A stretch of 64,000 nucleotides of DNA from Gemmatimonadaceae bacterium (GCA_046714195.1 JBKKAY010000111.1:1632-65631); one strand, 5' to 3'; shown: positions 10,017 through 20,976, counted from the stretch's first letter. The notes: a model not told the origin generated them from the sequence alone. Program-made: numbers and translations.

Positions 10017-10083
10017 CCGGCACTACCGCAGGGTATTCAGGCACTCCGCTCGTAACCAAGCTCGGCATCAAGGGACCGCTGAC

Positions 10084-10992
10084 GTGACCGCAGTCGAACT
10101 CCTGATGCGCGGCCTGGTGGATTACGCCGGCCTCTTTCCACCCGCGAGCGAAGACATGCGCACGGCGGTGGAGAACTACGGCGCTTATCGCGCTGGTCCG
10201 GACCGGTCAGCCCTCGGCCGATTCATCGTTCCGCTCGCGCGCCTCGAGGAATTCGAGGTGGCAGCGCGCGACGTGATTAGACGTGGCGACGCTTCAGAGC
10301 CGTGGAGACTCAGTGTCCTCGCCGGAACGGCTACTCCGGCCGCGGCCGAGCAAATGCTCAAGTTCAACTGCCACCACTGGTCCGGGTCCGAGGACGGCCA
10401 CGCGGTGATCGACTCGGTGGAGCTGAAGGCGTCCAGCGTGGAGTCAATCGAGACCCAGCACCGGAATCTCCCCTCTTTCTTTCAGCGGTATTTCGAGGTC
10501 CCGCTCGATGGCAGCATGGATGCTCTCATTGCGGCAATCGCGCGCGTAGGCGCACGTGCGAAGATTCGCACCGGGGGGACGACGCCGGATGCATTTCCCA
10601 CGTCGCGGCAGATTCTCTCCTTCATGACCGCGTGCAAGAGGGAAAAGGTTGCATTCAAGGCGACCGCGGGACTGCACCACCCGATCCGGGGATCATACAG
10701 GCTCACCTACGAGCCAGGAAGCGACGCCGGGACCATGTACGGATTTCTCAATCTCTTTGTCGCGGCCGCGCTCCTTCGACAAGGGGAATCCGAAACCACC
10801 GTGCTCGAAGCGTTGGAGGAGGCGGAGCCGGGAGCATTCCAGTTCTCCGACGATGCGATTGTCTGGCGCGCGCATCGCGTCGATGCGCCGGCGCTCGGGG
10901 AGGCTCGTAGCGCCTTCGCCGTCTCGTTCGGGTCGTGCTCGTTCCGCGAGCCTGTCGACGAGCTGACCCGGTTAGTTTCCCGGAATGCTTAA
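10084..10992 (+). CDS. Conserved hypothetical protein coupled to fahA
   Basis: Conserved-looking motifs DYAGLFPPA, KIRTGG, FKATAGLHHP, GFLN, SFGSCSF.EP. GTG start at 10084; overlaps the fahA start. Confidence 0.8.
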   Translation: MTAVELLMRGLVDYAGLFPPASEDMRTAVENYGAYRAGPDRSALGRFIVPLARLEEFEVAARDVIRRGDASEPWRLSVLAGTATPAAAEQMLKFNCHHWSGSEDGHAVIDSVELKASSVESIETQHRNLPSFFQRYFEVPLDGSMDALIAAIARVGARAKIRTGGTTPDAFPTSRQILSFMTACKREKVAFKATAGLHHPIRGSYRLTYEPGSDAGTMYGFLNLFVAAALLRQGESETTVLEALEEAEPGAFQFSDDAIVWRAHRVDAPALGEARSAFAVSFGSCSFREPVDELTRLVSRNA

Positions 10993-12310
10993 CCCGACTC
11001 ACGACCCGGCGCTCCGGTCCTGGCTGGCGTCCGCCAATTCTCCCGACACCGATTTTCCGATCCAGAATCTGCCTTTCGGCGTTTTCTCCAGGAAAGGAGA
11101 GACGGAGCGGCGCGTCGGCGTGGCGATCGGTGATCAGATCGTCGACGTCAGTGAGTGCGAGAAGGGAAATCTCTGGGGAGAAGGGGCGAGGGAAGTTGCC
11201 CGGCTGTGCGCCGATCCGAACCTGAATCGCATCGCCGAGTGCTCTCGTGAGGCGCTGTCGCGATTCCGGGCCCGCCTGAGCGAGCTGTTGGCAGGTGATC
11301 CCGATGCGGCCAACGCTATCAAGACGCTTCCCGACAGGGCGCTCATCCCAATGGCTGATGTCGAGATGCATCTGCCGGCCCGGATCGGAGACTACACCGA
11401 CTTCTATGCTTCGATCTATCACGCCACTAACGTCGGCGCGCTGTTTCGCCCTGACAGTCCGCTGCTGCCGAACTACAAGTACGTTCCGATAGGGTACCAC
11501 GGCCGCGCGTCGTCGATCGTAGCGAGCGGCACGGACATCACTCGCCCCAGAGGACAGACTTTGGCGCCGGCAGCATCAACGCCATCGTTCGGGCCCTCAC
11601 AGCTCCTCGACTACGAGGCCGAGGCTGGCTTCTTCGTGGGGCAGGGCAATGCGCTCGGCGAGCCGGTCCGGATCGAGGACGCGGAGGACCACATCTTCGG
11701 CCTCTGCCTCGTCAACGACTGGTCGGCCCGGGACATCCAATCCTGGGAATACCAGCCGCTCGGCCCATTTCTGTCCAAGAATTTCGCCACCACGATCTCA
11801 CCGTGGGTCGTGACGATGGAAGCGCTTGCGCCGTTCCGCATTCCGGCGTTCTTCCGTCCAACGACTGATCCGGCCCCGCTGCCGTATCTGCGCTCGGAGA
11901 AAGACAAGAGCGAAGGCGGGATCGATCTAACCATCGAGGTCTACATCCGAACGATGCTGATGCGCGAAGGGCACATGCGCCCGTTCCGACTGAGCCGGGC
12001 GTCGCTGGGCGACATGTACTGGACGGCGGCGCAGATGCTGACCCACCACACCAGCAACGGCTGCAACCTCCAGCCCGGCGATCTGTTCGCGAGTGGCACA
12101 GTTTCGGGCCCCGAGCCAGGCTCGCAGGGATGCATGCTCGAGATCACCCGTCGCGGCGCCGAGCCGATCGCGCTGCCCACAGGGGAGGAGCGGAAGTTCC
12201 TGCACGACGGCGACGAGGTGATCATGCGGGGGTTTCTGGAGCGGGAGGGAGCGGTGCGGATTGGGCTGGGCGAATGTGTTGGGCGAGTTGTCTCGGGGGC
12301 CGGACGTTAA
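10985..12310 (+). CDS. fahA: Fumarylacetoacetase
   Basis: DFPIQNLPFG, DYTDFYAS..HA, PIGYHGRASS, NDWSARDIQ.WEYQPLGPF, HHTSNGC. Confidence 0.95.
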   Translation: MLNPTHDPALRSWLASANSPDTDFPIQNLPFGVFSRKGETERRVGVAIGDQIVDVSECEKGNLWGEGAREVARLCADPNLNRIAECSREALSRFRARLSELLAGDPDAANAIKTLPDRALIPMADVEMHLPARIGDYTDFYASIYHATNVGALFRPDSPLLPNYKYVPIGYHGRASSIVASGTDITRPRGQTLAPAASTPSFGPSQLLDYEAEAGFFVGQGNALGEPVRIEDAEDHIFGLCLVNDWSARDIQSWEYQPLGPFLSKNFATTISPWVVTMEALAPFRIPAFFRPTTDPAPLPYLRSEKDKSEGGIDLTIEVYIRTMLMREGHMRPFRLSRASLGDMYWTAAQMLTHHTSNGCNLQPGDLFASGTVSGPEPGSQGCMLEITRRGAEPIALPTGEERKFLHDGDEVIMRGFLEREGAVRIGLGECVGRVVSGAGR

Positions 12311-12339
12311 GACGATCAATAAGTCTGGGGCCATTTGCG

Positions 12340-12467
12340 GGGGATGCAAGTCGTGAGTGGAGAGTTTAGAGTCATCAGTGTGTCAGTGGTTGTGAGTGGG
12401 AGGCGCTAACTCAAAACCACTCACGACCGACCAACTGACCAACTCAACACTCGATACTTGCATCCCC
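12340..12467. repeat. Long imperfect intergenic inverted repeat (hairpin or MITE-like)
   Basis: Perfect 12-bp ends GGGGATGCAAGT/ACTTGCATCCCC, with inner complementary blocks (GGTTGTGAGTGG vs CCACTCACGACC). Confidence 0.65.
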
Positions 12468-12496
12468 TCAGCCTTGCCCCGTAACCATTCCCACCG

Positions 12497-13006
12497 ATGT
12501 CTAACTCAAAAACCCGCCCCGAACCTTTGTACGTGGTGTGCACCTCCGACATCCACGGCCACGGCGTATTCGCTGCCCGGCGCATCCGGAAAGGCACACG
12601 GATCGTCGAATACAGGGGTGAGCGCATCGACAACGACGAAGCCGATCAGCGCTACGACGAGACCGACATGAAGCGGCACCACACCTTCCTGTTCACGCTC
12701 GACGGGAAAACCGTGATCGACGGCGCGATCGAGCGCGGGGGTGGCGACGCCAGCTTCATCAACCATTCCTGCGAGCCGAACTGCGAGGCCGTGATCACCG
12801 ACAAGCGCATCCACATCCACGCGCTGACGACAATCGAGCCGGGCACCGAGCTGGCCTACGATTATCAATACGAGCGAACCGGCGATAACGACGACGAGCT
12901 CGAGAAGTTCTATTTCTGCAGGTGCGGATCGGACGGCTGCAGGGGAAGCATCATGAAACCCGCGAAAAGGCGGCAGCGGCGGAAGCGCAAGAACTCCAAA
13001 AAGTAG
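12497..13006 (+). CDS. SET-domain protein-lysine methyltransferase
   Basis: HGHGVFA, FINHSCEPNC, ELAYDY, post-SET CRCGS..CRG. Confidence 0.92.
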   Translation: MSNSKTRPEPLYVVCTSDIHGHGVFAARRIRKGTRIVEYRGERIDNDEADQRYDETDMKRHHTFLFTLDGKTVIDGAIERGGGDASFINHSCEPNCEAVITDKRIHIHALTTIEPGTELAYDYQYERTGDNDDELEKFYFCRCGSDGCRGSIMKPAKRRQRRKRKNSKK

Positions 13007-13029
13007 GTCGCGCGGCTTAAGTTGCGGAC

Positions 13030-13443
13030 ATGCCCGCAAAAAGCTTCTACTACCGGGAAACAGAGAGAATCAGGGTGACCGTTCGCCCGGTTTATTTGCG
13101 GGACCATTCGGAGCCGTCGCAAAGCCATTATGTCTTCGCCTACTTCGTCCGGATAGAGAACGTCGGCAAGATGGCGGCGCAGCTGCTCACGCGCCGGTGG
13201 CTGATCCATGATTCGGTCGGCGATGGCGTGGACACCGAGGTCATTGGCGAAGGCGTAGTCGGCGAGCAGCCAACGATTCCCCCGGGAGCCGTGCACGAGT
13301 ATCAAAGCTTCTGCATACTAAAGTCCGGTGAAGGCTATATGGAGGGACACTATGGCTTCCTCAGGCAGAATGGCGCGTCGTTCGAGGCGGAGATTCCGCG
13401 CTTCACCCTGAGCGCCAGCGAATCGACGAGCCTCCCGTCCTGA
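13030..13443 (+). CDS. apaG: ApaG protein
   Basis: YVFAY.VRIEN, QLLTRRW.I.D, GEGVVGEQP, G.MEG.Y. Confidence 0.92.
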   Translation: MPAKSFYYRETERIRVTVRPVYLRDHSEPSQSHYVFAYFVRIENVGKMAAQLLTRRWLIHDSVGDGVDTEVIGEGVVGEQPTIPPGAVHEYQSFCILKSGEGYMEGHYGFLRQNGASFEAEIPRFTLSASESTSLPS

Positions 13444-14081
13444 CCGCGACCTCCCCGCGCATTTATGACATCTCGGTGCCCGTCCGAACGGGCGCCTTCG
13501 TCTACCCCGGCAACCCCGAGGTTACGATCTCGCTCCAGCAATCGACTGCCGAAGGCGCGGGCGCGAACGTATCGGCGATCAGGTTCGGATCGCACACGGG
13601 GACCCACGTGGATGCGGCCCGGCATTTTTACACTGACGGACAGCCCGTCGATCTGATTCCCCTGGAGAAGCTCGTCGGGCCAGCGCTCGTGGTGCGCTTC
13701 GGCGATGACGTCCGCGCCATCGGGGAAGCCGAGCTCCGGCAATTCGATCTGGGTAAGCACACCCGGATTCTCCTCGCCACCCGCAATTCTGCCCTGCTCT
13801 CGAAGAAGGACTTCACCACTGACTACACCTTCCTCGCGCCCGACGGCGCCGAGTATCTGGTCGCGCTCGGGGTCGAGCTGGTTGGAATCGACTACCTCTC
13901 CATCGAGCAGTTCCGCTCCGGACACCACCGCACCCACAAGACTCTACTCAGTCGCTCGGTGGTAATCGTCGAGGGGCTCGACCTGTCCGTGCCGCCGCCG
14001 GGTGAATACGAGCTGGTCTGCCTGCCCCTCAGGCTCGAGGGTTGCGACGGGGCGCCCGCGCGCGCAATCCTGATGGCGTGA
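13440..14081 (+). CDS. Cyclase family metal-dependent hydrolase (kynurenine formamidase-like)
   Basis: HTGTHVDAARH, GIDYLS, VEGL and GAPARA motifs. The conserved IYDIS N-terminus lies upstream of the ORF-track GTG, implying a CTG start at 13440. Confidence 0.85.
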   Translation: MTATSPRIYDISVPVRTGAFVYPGNPEVTISLQQSTAEGAGANVSAIRFGSHTGTHVDAARHFYTDGQPVDLIPLEKLVGPALVVRFGDDVRAIGEAELRQFDLGKHTRILLATRNSALLSKKDFTTDYTFLAPDGAEYLVALGVELVGIDYLSIEQFRSGHHRTHKTLLSRSVVIVEGLDLSVPPPGEYELVCLPLRLEGCDGAPARAILMA

Positions 14082-14701
14082 CCACCATCAGGCACGTCTT
14101 CTTCGACATCGGGGGAGTTCTCGGCTCCAACGGCTGGGACCGCGAGCAGCGGAGCCGCGCCGTCGAGCGGTTCGGACTCGCTTCCGAAGATTTCCAGTAT
14201 CGTCATGAAGAAGTCGTCGGCGAGTGGGAAGAGGGCAGGATTACGATGGACGAGTACCTCGACATCGCGGTGTTTCATTGCGATCGCCCATTCTCCCGGC
14301 GCGAGTTCGTCGATTTCATGTTCGCCCAGAGCATTCCAAACGAGAGAGTGGTGGCCCTCGCGCGGTCGCTCACTCGCGACAGCCGCTTCACCCTCATGAC
14401 GCTCAATAACGAGGCGGACGAGCTCAACCGGCATCGAATCGAGAAGTTCGGAATCTCGGACGTGTTCGAGGCCTTCCTCTCCTCTTGCTGGCTCGGTGTG
14501 CGGAAGCCGACGCAGCGCTTCTACTCCCGGGCGTTGTCGATCGCGCAGGCGGATCCGAAGACATCGCTTTTCGTGGACGACCGCGAGCAGAACATCGCCC
14601 CGGCCCACGCGCTCGGAATGGTCGCAATCCTGTTCAAATCCGCGGAGCAGCTGCGCTCCGATCTGGAGCAGGCCCTCCAACTCGAATTTCCCGGAGCATA
14701 A
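14078..14701 (+). CDS. HAD family phosphatase
   Basis: [14 protein letters not shown]...N motifs; GTGA overlap with the upstream gene. Confidence 0.88.
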   Translation: MTTIRHVFFDIGGVLGSNGWDREQRSRAVERFGLASEDFQYRHEEVVGEWEEGRITMDEYLDIAVFHCDRPFSRREFVDFMFAQSIPNERVVALARSLTRDSRFTLMTLNNEADELNRHRIEKFGISDVFEAFLSSCWLGVRKPTQRFYSRALSIAQADPKTSLFVDDREQNIAPAHALGMVAILFKSAEQLRSDLEQALQLEFPGA

Positions 14702-14704
14702 GCA

Positions 14705-15604
14705 ATGCGCTTGGCGATGATCGGCCTCGGCCGAATGGGCGGCAACATGTCGGAGCGGTTGATGAAGGGTGGCCACGAGGTGGTCGTCTTCGACCGCAGC
14801 GCCGACGCGATTCAGAAGTACGTGTCACAGGGCGCTACCGGTGCCTCGAGCGCGCGCGACGTCACGGGGAGCCTCAAGTCGCCCCGAGTGGTGTGGATCA
14901 TGGTTCCCGCCGGCAAGCCGGTCGACGACACCATTGCCACCATCATGCCCGGCCTGGCGAAGGGCGATGTGATCATCGACGGCGGAAACTCGAATTACCA
15001 CGACACCATGCGCCGGGCGAAGATGCTCGAGCACGAGGGAATCGAGTTCATCGATTCGGGAACGAGCGGTGGAATCTGGGGGCTCGCCAACGGTTATTGC
15101 CTGATGATCGGAGCCACGCCGCGCGCGTTCAAGATTTGCGAGCCGATTTTTGCGACGCTGGCGCCCAAGGACGGCTACGCGCATGTCGGCCCGCCCGGGG
15201 CGGGGCACTACGTCAAGATGATTCACAACGGGATCGAGTACGGCCTGCTCCAGGCGTATGCGGAGGGCTACGAGATCCTTCACGCGTCGAAGGACTTCAA
15301 GCTCGATCTCCACAAGATCGCCGCGGTCTGGAACCGGGGCAGCGTGGTGAGGTCATGGCTCAACGAGCTGGCGGAGCAGGCGTTGGCCAAGGATGCCGAG
15401 CTCAGTCAGCTCAAGGGTTATGTCGAGGATTCCGGAGAAGGCAGGTGGACGGTGCAGGAGGCGATCGATCGCGATGTGCCGGCGCCGGTGATAACGCTGG
15501 CGCTTCTCACGCGCCTCAGGTCGCGCCAGGGCGACTCGTTCTCGGCCAAAGTGATCGCGGCACTGCGCAACGAATTCGGTGGTCACGCGGTAAAGAAGGC
15601 ATGA
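14705..15604 (+). CDS. gnd: 6-phosphogluconate dehydrogenase (decarboxylating, short form)
   Basis: [47 protein letters not shown]. Confidence 0.95.
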   Translation: MRLAMIGLGRMGGNMSERLMKGGHEVVVFDRSADAIQKYVSQGATGASSARDVTGSLKSPRVVWIMVPAGKPVDDTIATIMPGLAKGDVIIDGGNSNYHDTMRRAKMLEHEGIEFIDSGTSGGIWGLANGYCLMIGATPRAFKICEPIFATLAPKDGYAHVGPPGAGHYVKMIHNGIEYGLLQAYAEGYEILHASKDFKLDLHKIAAVWNRGSVVRSWLNELAEQALAKDAELSQLKGYVEDSGEGRWTVQEAIDRDVPAPVITLALLTRLRSRQGDSFSAKVIAALRNEFGGHAVKKA

Positions 15605-17172
15605 AGGTACCGCAGGCGCTCCCGATGGTCCGCGCGCCGCGCGCGTCGGGCAAGCGCGAGGTCGCAGATCCCTGCACGGTCGTGATTTTCGGCGGCTCGG
15701 GCGATCTGACGCGAAGGAAGCTGTTGCCGGCCATCTACTATCTCGCCGAGCACAAGCTGCTGCCGGAGAATTTCGCTCTGCTCGGCGTGGCGAGAGAGCC
15801 CAGCACCGACGAAGCGTATCGGAAGATCATGCGCGAGGAGATGTCCAAGTCGGACGAGATCCATCGTGTGCACGACGATGTCTGGAAGTGGCTCGCGGAG
15901 CGGATGTTCTACACGCACGGTGACTTCACCAAGGACTCGGCGTACGAAACGATCGGCGCGCGGCTGAAAGAGATCGAGGCCGGACGGCCGGAAGACGAGC
16001 GCAACCGGCTGTTCTACCTGGCCATTCCTCCGAGCGTGTTCGAGCCGACGCTCGAGCATCTCTGCCGGAGCGGGCTCGCCAGGCGCACCCTCTCGTACGA
16101 GGAGCGGCCGTGGTACCGCGTCGTGATCGAGAAGCCGTTCGGCCGCAGCCTGGAAAGCGCGCGCGCTCTCAACCGCCTGGTCCTGGACCAGTTCGGCGAG
16201 CACCAGATCTATCGCATCGATCACTACCTCGGGAAAGAGAGCGTCCAGAACATCCTCGTGTTCCGTTTTGCCAACTCCATTTTCGAGCCACTCTGGAACC
16301 GCAACTACATCTCGCACGTGCAGATCATCGTGGCGGAAGCGGGCGGAGTCGACGGCCGTGGCAAGTACTACGAGGAAGCGGGTGTTCTTCGCGACATGTT
16401 CCAGAATCACCTGTTGCAGCTGCTGACGCTCGCCGCGATGGAGCCGCCGAGCGCCTTCACGGGCGACGCCGTGCGCGATGAAAAAGTCAAAGTGCTGCGT
16501 TCTATCCGTCCTCTGGTGAGCGATGGCGAACCGCCAGTGGTACCGGGGCAGTACATCGAAGGCACCCACGATGGCCAACCCGTGGCGGGTTACCGGCACG
16601 AGGCGAACGTCTCGCCGATGTCAGTGACACCGACATTCGCGGCAATGCGGGTGTCGATCGACAACTGGAGGTGGAAGGGAGTTCCGTTCTACCTCAGATC
16701 GGGAAAGCGGCTCGGCCGCCGGATCTCCGAGATCTCCGTCCAGTTCCGCTCTCCACCGCTAATGTTGTTCGACCAACACACTGTAGAAGACATGGCACCG
16801 AGTGTGCTTGTTATGCGCGTGCAGCCCGACGAAGGAATGTCGCTGCGGTTCCAGGTGAAAACCCCGGGGGCCGCACACGAGCTGACTCCAGGACTGGAAA
16901 TCACCCCGGTGGACATGGAGTTCAGCTACGCCGATGCGTTCGGCAACCATCCCTACCCGGCGTACGAGACGCTGCTGCTGGACTGCATGACGGGCGACCC
17001 GACGCTGTTCACGCGCAGTGATGAAGTCGAGATGGCGTGGAGCATCATCGATCCCGTCCTCGAGTACTGGAATGCGCATCCGCTCGACAGGGTTCCCACC
17101 TACCCCGCAGGAAGCGCGGGGCCGGTCGAAGCGATCAAGCTCTTGCATGGAGATCATACACGTTGGCGATAG
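15601..17172 (+). CDS. zwf: Glucose-6-phosphate 1-dehydrogenase
   Basis: [39 protein letters not shown]. True start is ATG 15601 inside the longer ORF-track call. Confidence 0.96.
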   Translation: MKVPQALPMVRAPRASGKREVADPCTVVIFGGSGDLTRRKLLPAIYYLAEHKLLPENFALLGVAREPSTDEAYRKIMREEMSKSDEIHRVHDDVWKWLAERMFYTHGDFTKDSAYETIGARLKEIEAGRPEDERNRLFYLAIPPSVFEPTLEHLCRSGLARRTLSYEERPWYRVVIEKPFGRSLESARALNRLVLDQFGEHQIYRIDHYLGKESVQNILVFRFANSIFEPLWNRNYISHVQIIVAEAGGVDGRGKYYEEAGVLRDMFQNHLLQLLTLAAMEPPSAFTGDAVRDEKVKVLRSIRPLVSDGEPPVVPGQYIEGTHDGQPVAGYRHEANVSPMSVTPTFAAMRVSIDNWRWKGVPFYLRSGKRLGRRISEISVQFRSPPLMLFDQHTVEDMAPSVLVMRVQPDEGMSLRFQVKTPGAAHELTPGLEITPVDMEFSYADAFGNHPYPAYETLLLDCMTGDPTLFTRSDEVEMAWSIIDPVLEYWNAHPLDRVPTYPAGSAGPVEAIKLLHGDHTRWR

Positions 17173-19157
17173 GATCACTCGTATACCCGGTGTTGGCGCT
17201 TCTGCTCTCTACCAGTGCCTGCCAGAATCAGAAAGACGCGCAAAGGGAGACGGTCGGAGTGCTGACTGGCGACACCACCAAGCACGTTCTGCCGGTGGAC
17301 GATCGGGAGCTGGTCGCCCGCGCGCGTGAGCTGGATCGTGCCGACAGCCGTGACAGCGCCAGGATCGCCTACGGGGAGGCGGCGAAGAGACTGCCGCGGA
17401 TCGCCGACTGGCTGTATCTGCGCGCGGCCGGGGTCGCCGCCGACAGCTCGGCGCGCGAGGCGTATTACGCGAAGGTGCGAACCGCTGTCGCGCGTGACAG
17501 AATCCGGTGGACCGAGGCACACGCGCGCGAGCGGACCGGCGACATTCCGGGCGCCATCCGGATGTTCACGGCCGTGGGTGGAGACCTTCACGCTCTGAGG
17601 CTGCGCGCCGCGGTTGCCGCGGACGATGCCGCGAAGGCCGAGGCGCGCCGCGCTCTGCTGGCATTCATCGCGAGGTCGAACACGGCGTCGGAGACCAGGG
17701 ACGCCATCGATCTTTTCGACAAGGTATTCACGGCGACGACACCGGGTGAGGAGCTGATCCTGGGTCGTGCCGCCGGAAAATCCGGACTGCCCGAGCGCGC
17801 TGTCACGGCGTACGCGAGGGCCTTGAGCGCCGGCTTGGGCGACACTCGCGACAGGTTTGCATACGCCTCCATGCTGTTTCGTGTAAGAAAGTTTCCAGAA
17901 GCGGCGACAGAGTTCGCCAAGGTGCGGGCTCCCGCCAATCTCGCCGCGGCGGCTCAGTATCAGCGCGCGCGGGCGCTGGTCGCCCTCGGGAACATTGAGT
18001 CGGGTCGTACCGTGCTCAGGTCGATCACCACCACTTATCCGCGCGATACCAGTGCCGCTTCGGCGCTGCTCCTGCTCGCTGATCTGGCCACCGACGAGAA
18101 CCGGGATGCGGACTCGCGCGCCACGCTGCTCGGTTTGCTCAAGCAGTTTCCGTCCGGACGTCATGCCGCCAACGCGCGTTTCCGGGCGGGGATGATTGCG
18201 TACATACAGGGAAACAGGCGAGCCGCCGCCGCGGAATTCGACTCACTGGTGGCTCGTGATCCCAACAGCGCCGAAGCGCTGGGTGCCGCGTACTGGGCCG
18301 GCAGATCCTTCGCCGCACTCGGCGACACCGCGCGGAGCAAGGCGCGCTGGCGCTCCGTGATCGCGAAGGAGCCGCTCAGCTACTACGCGGTGATGGCCGC
18401 CAAGCGGCTCGACACCACGCTGATCGCGCCCGACAAATCGACCGCGGTCTACCCGAAGGTGCCCGCGGTCGACAGCGCGGTGGCTCGTGTCGCCGCACTC
18501 CGCGATGCGGGGATGGACGTCGAGGCGGGATTCGAGACGGACAGACTCTTTCGTGATGCGACAGAGAGCCGCGACGCGCTTCTCGCCACGGCCGCCGCTC
18601 TCACCGGCACCGAGCAGGCAACCCGATCGACCGCACTCGGGCGGCGGGCGATCGATGAAATCGGCCCAACCGCTGCGAATTACCGGCTGTTCTATCCTGT
18701 TGTCGAACGGGAAACTCTGATTGCCGCAGCGAAGGAGAACGGCCTCGATCCGGTGTTCGTCGCGTCGCTGATCCGGCAGGAGTCAAACTGGAATCCGCGA
18801 GCCACGTCACCGGTGGGGGCGCGCGGGCTGATGCAGCTGATGCCGCCGGTCGGCGAAGGACTCGCGCGCACCAAAGGCATCCGACCGTGGGATCCCGAGA
18901 TGCTCTACGATCCCGCGATCAGCATCAAGCTCGGCACGCTCCACCTGCGCGACCTCGCTCGCAAATATCCGAAGGACCTGGTGAAAATCCTCGCCGCGTA
19001 CAACGCCGGGGAGTCGAGAGTGGAGAAGTGGTCGACCAAGGCTGGGGCCGCGGATCCGGAAGTGTTCACGGAGCGCATTCCATTCGTAGAGACCCGCGAC
19101 TACGTCCGCATCGTGCTGCGCAATCAAGCCTATTACGACGCGCTGTATCCCTGGTAG
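17163..19157 (+). CDS. Lytic transglycosylase lipoprotein with TPR-like helical repeats (Slt70-like)
   Basis: Lipobox TSAC; C-terminal SLT motifs [27 protein letters not shown] start inferred. Confidence 0.88.
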   Translation: MAIGSLVYPVLALLLSTSACQNQKDAQRETVGVLTGDTTKHVLPVDDRELVARARELDRADSRDSARIAYGEAAKRLPRIADWLYLRAAGVAADSSAREAYYAKVRTAVARDRIRWTEAHARERTGDIPGAIRMFTAVGGDLHALRLRAAVAADDAAKAEARRALLAFIARSNTASETRDAIDLFDKVFTATTPGEELILGRAAGKSGLPERAVTAYARALSAGLGDTRDRFAYASMLFRVRKFPEAATEFAKVRAPANLAAAAQYQRARALVALGNIESGRTVLRSITTTYPRDTSAASALLLLADLATDENRDADSRATLLGLLKQFPSGRHAANARFRAGMIAYIQGNRRAAAAEFDSLVARDPNSAEALGAAYWAGRSFAALGDTARSKARWRSVIAKEPLSYYAVMAAKRLDTTLIAPDKSTAVYPKVPAVDSAVARVAALRDAGMDVEAGFETDRLFRDATESRDALLATAAALTGTEQATRSTALGRRAIDEIGPTAANYRLFYPVVERETLIAAAKENGLDPVFVASLIRQESNWNPRATSPVGARGLMQLMPPVGEGLARTKGIRPWDPEMLYDPAISIKLGTLHLRDLARKYPKDLVKILAAYNAGESRVEKWSTKAGAADPEVFTERIPFVETRDYVRIVLRNQAYYDALYPW

Positions 19158-19164
19158 CGGCAGT

Positions 19165-19218
19165 TAGCCCGCAGTCCGCAGTTAGTCCGCAGCCCGCAGC
19201 TAGTCCGCAGTCCGTAAT
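19165..19218 (-). repeat. Three tandem 18-bp repeats (unit ACTGCGGACTGCGGACTA on minus strand)
   Basis: Plus strand: TAGCCCGCAGTCCGCAGT, TAGTCCGCAGCCCGCAGC, TAGTCCGCAGTCCGTAAT. Confidence 0.85.
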
Positions 19219-19222
19219 ACGG

Positions 19223-19405
19223 CTAGCTAGTGCCCTGACGGCGCTCCTTTCGCTTCTTGCGCCAGTCGAGCAGCCAAGTCCCGGGAACGATGAACAACGG
19301 AGTGAGGAACAACCCCAGCAGCGCGTTGAGCCACGTGAGCGCGATGTAAAACGCGATCAAGCCCAGCGATACCCAGAGTGTTCCCAGCGGACCGTGCGTT
19401 TCCAA
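19223..19405 (-). CDS. Small hypothetical membrane protein (about 60 aa)
   Basis: GGGGAG RBS before TTG; two hydrophobic segments and a basic C-terminal tail. Confidence 0.55.
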   Translation of the reverse strand: METHGPLGTLWVSLGLIAFYIALTWLNALLGLFLTPLFIVPGTWLLDWRKKRKERRQGTS

Positions 19406-19442
19406 GCGAAACTCCCCCCATGGTAGGTAAATTAAAAGTATC

Positions 19443-20411
19443 ATGGCGACTGCTCGGGTTGAAGCATCGGTTGTCGAGCGCGCGGTCGAGACGGCTCTGG
19501 CGGGATACGCTCACGTCGTGCTGGCGGTGTCGGGCGGGATCGATTCGATGGTGATGCTCGCCGCCGCCTCTCACCTCCGGAGCCGCGCCCGCGCCAGGAT
19601 GATCGTGGCGACGTTCGATCACGGCACCGGTAAGGCCGCCGGCCGCGCCGCCAGTCTGGTGGCGCGAGAGTCGGCGCGGCTCGGCTTCCCGTGCGTAGCC
19701 GGGCGTGCATCGACGGTCGGCACCAGGGAAGAGGAGTGGCGCCGTGCCCGCTGGACGTTTCTCGAGCGCGTGGCCGCCCGGCATTCAGCCGGAGTGGTGA
19801 CCGCTCACACCCGCGACGATCAGGTCGAGACCGTTTTCATGCGCATTCTGCGGGATGCCGGCCCCAGAGGCCTGGCCGGGCTCTACGCCGAGTCAGAAGT
19901 CGTCCGTCCGTTCCTCGACTTGAGGCGCGCGGCGATCACCGAGTATGCCACGGCGCATCGCGTGAAGCACACGGAAGATCCTTCGAATCTTACCCGCAAG
20001 CATCTGAGGAATCGCGTCCGGCTCGACCTTCTCCCGTCCATCACTCGCAGGAATCCCGGCTTTCCCGATGAGCTCCTTGCTCTGGCCCGGGCTTCCGCCG
20101 ATTGGCGCCGGTCACTCGAAGACCTCGCCACGAGCGTCGACGCCACACCGGCGGTTGATGGCGTGCTGCGCATCGACAGATCGAGTCTCAGGGGCTTCGA
20201 CGACGCCTCCCTCAGGGTACTGTGGCCCGCGCTGGCGGCACGGGCGAGCGTCGTCATGGATCGCAGAGGAACACACCGCGCCGCCGAGTTTACTATCAAG
20301 GGAGTGACAGGCGGCGCAATTCAGCTCTCAGGCGGAGTAGAGATCGTGATGCGCCGGGATCATATGTTGCTCCGGCGGTGGCGCTCCCGTGCTGGGGCGA
20401 GGCTCTCGTGA
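19443..20411 (+). CDS. tilS: tRNA(Ile)-lysidine synthetase (short form)
   Basis: PP-loop AVSGGIDSM, TAHTRDDQVET, EDPSN, RNRVR; tilS-hpt-ftsH context. Confidence 0.9.
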   Translation: MATARVEASVVERAVETALAGYAHVVLAVSGGIDSMVMLAAASHLRSRARARMIVATFDHGTGKAAGRAASLVARESARLGFPCVAGRASTVGTREEEWRRARWTFLERVAARHSAGVVTAHTRDDQVETVFMRILRDAGPRGLAGLYAESEVVRPFLDLRRAAITEYATAHRVKHTEDPSNLTRKHLRNRVRLDLLPSITRRNPGFPDELLALARASADWRRSLEDLATSVDATPAVDGVLRIDRSSLRGFDDASLRVLWPALAARASVVMDRRGTHRAAEFTIKGVTGGAIQLSGGVEIVMRRDHMLLRRWRSRAGARLS

Positions 20412-20976
20412 GCAGCACGGCGAGGCCGGTGGAATTGAAAGCGGACCCGAGGCTTTCCGGACGGATCGTGAAGCGAATCGCCTTCGACGAGGCGGCGATC
20501 GCTCGTCGAGTCGCCGAGCTGGGCAAGGAGATCAGCGCTGCCTATCCCGACGGTGACCTGCTGGTGCTGGGCCTGCTCAAGGGCAGCTTCATTTTCCTGA
20601 GCGACCTGGTGAGGCAGATAACGCGTCCGCTGCAGGTCGATTTTCTGGTTGCGTCGAGCTATGGAGACGGAATGGTCTCGAGCGGGACTGTGAAGCTGGT
20701 TTACGATCCGGAAACGAGGCTGGAGGGGAAGGATATCCTCCTCGTCGAGGACATCATCGATTCCGGCAAGACGCTGAATCGTCTGATGGGAATACTGGCC
20801 GAGCGGAAGCCGCGCTCGCTCGAGATTTGCGCGTTGTTGCACAAGAGGATCGCCGAGGGATTGCAGCACAAAACGAAGTTCGTGGGTTTCGATGCTCCAC
20901 ATGAGTTTCTGGTTGGATACGGATTGGATCATGCGGAGAACTTCCGTCATTTGCCTTATATAGCGAGCTTGCAGTA

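Noticed and set aside
14485-17172. 895-aa ORF suggesting a fusion to G6PD
   Set aside because: The N-terminal 372 codons overlap HAD and gnd in another frame and are Arg/Gly-rich noise; zwf starts at 15601.
19165-19218. Tandem repeats (also 49349-49402) as a mini-CRISPR
   Set aside because: Units are 18 bp and contiguous, with no unique spacers and no cas genes.
19443-20411. tilS as a pseudogene because it is short
   Set aside because: Catalytic motifs are intact, the stop overlaps the hpt start, and short TilS forms are known.
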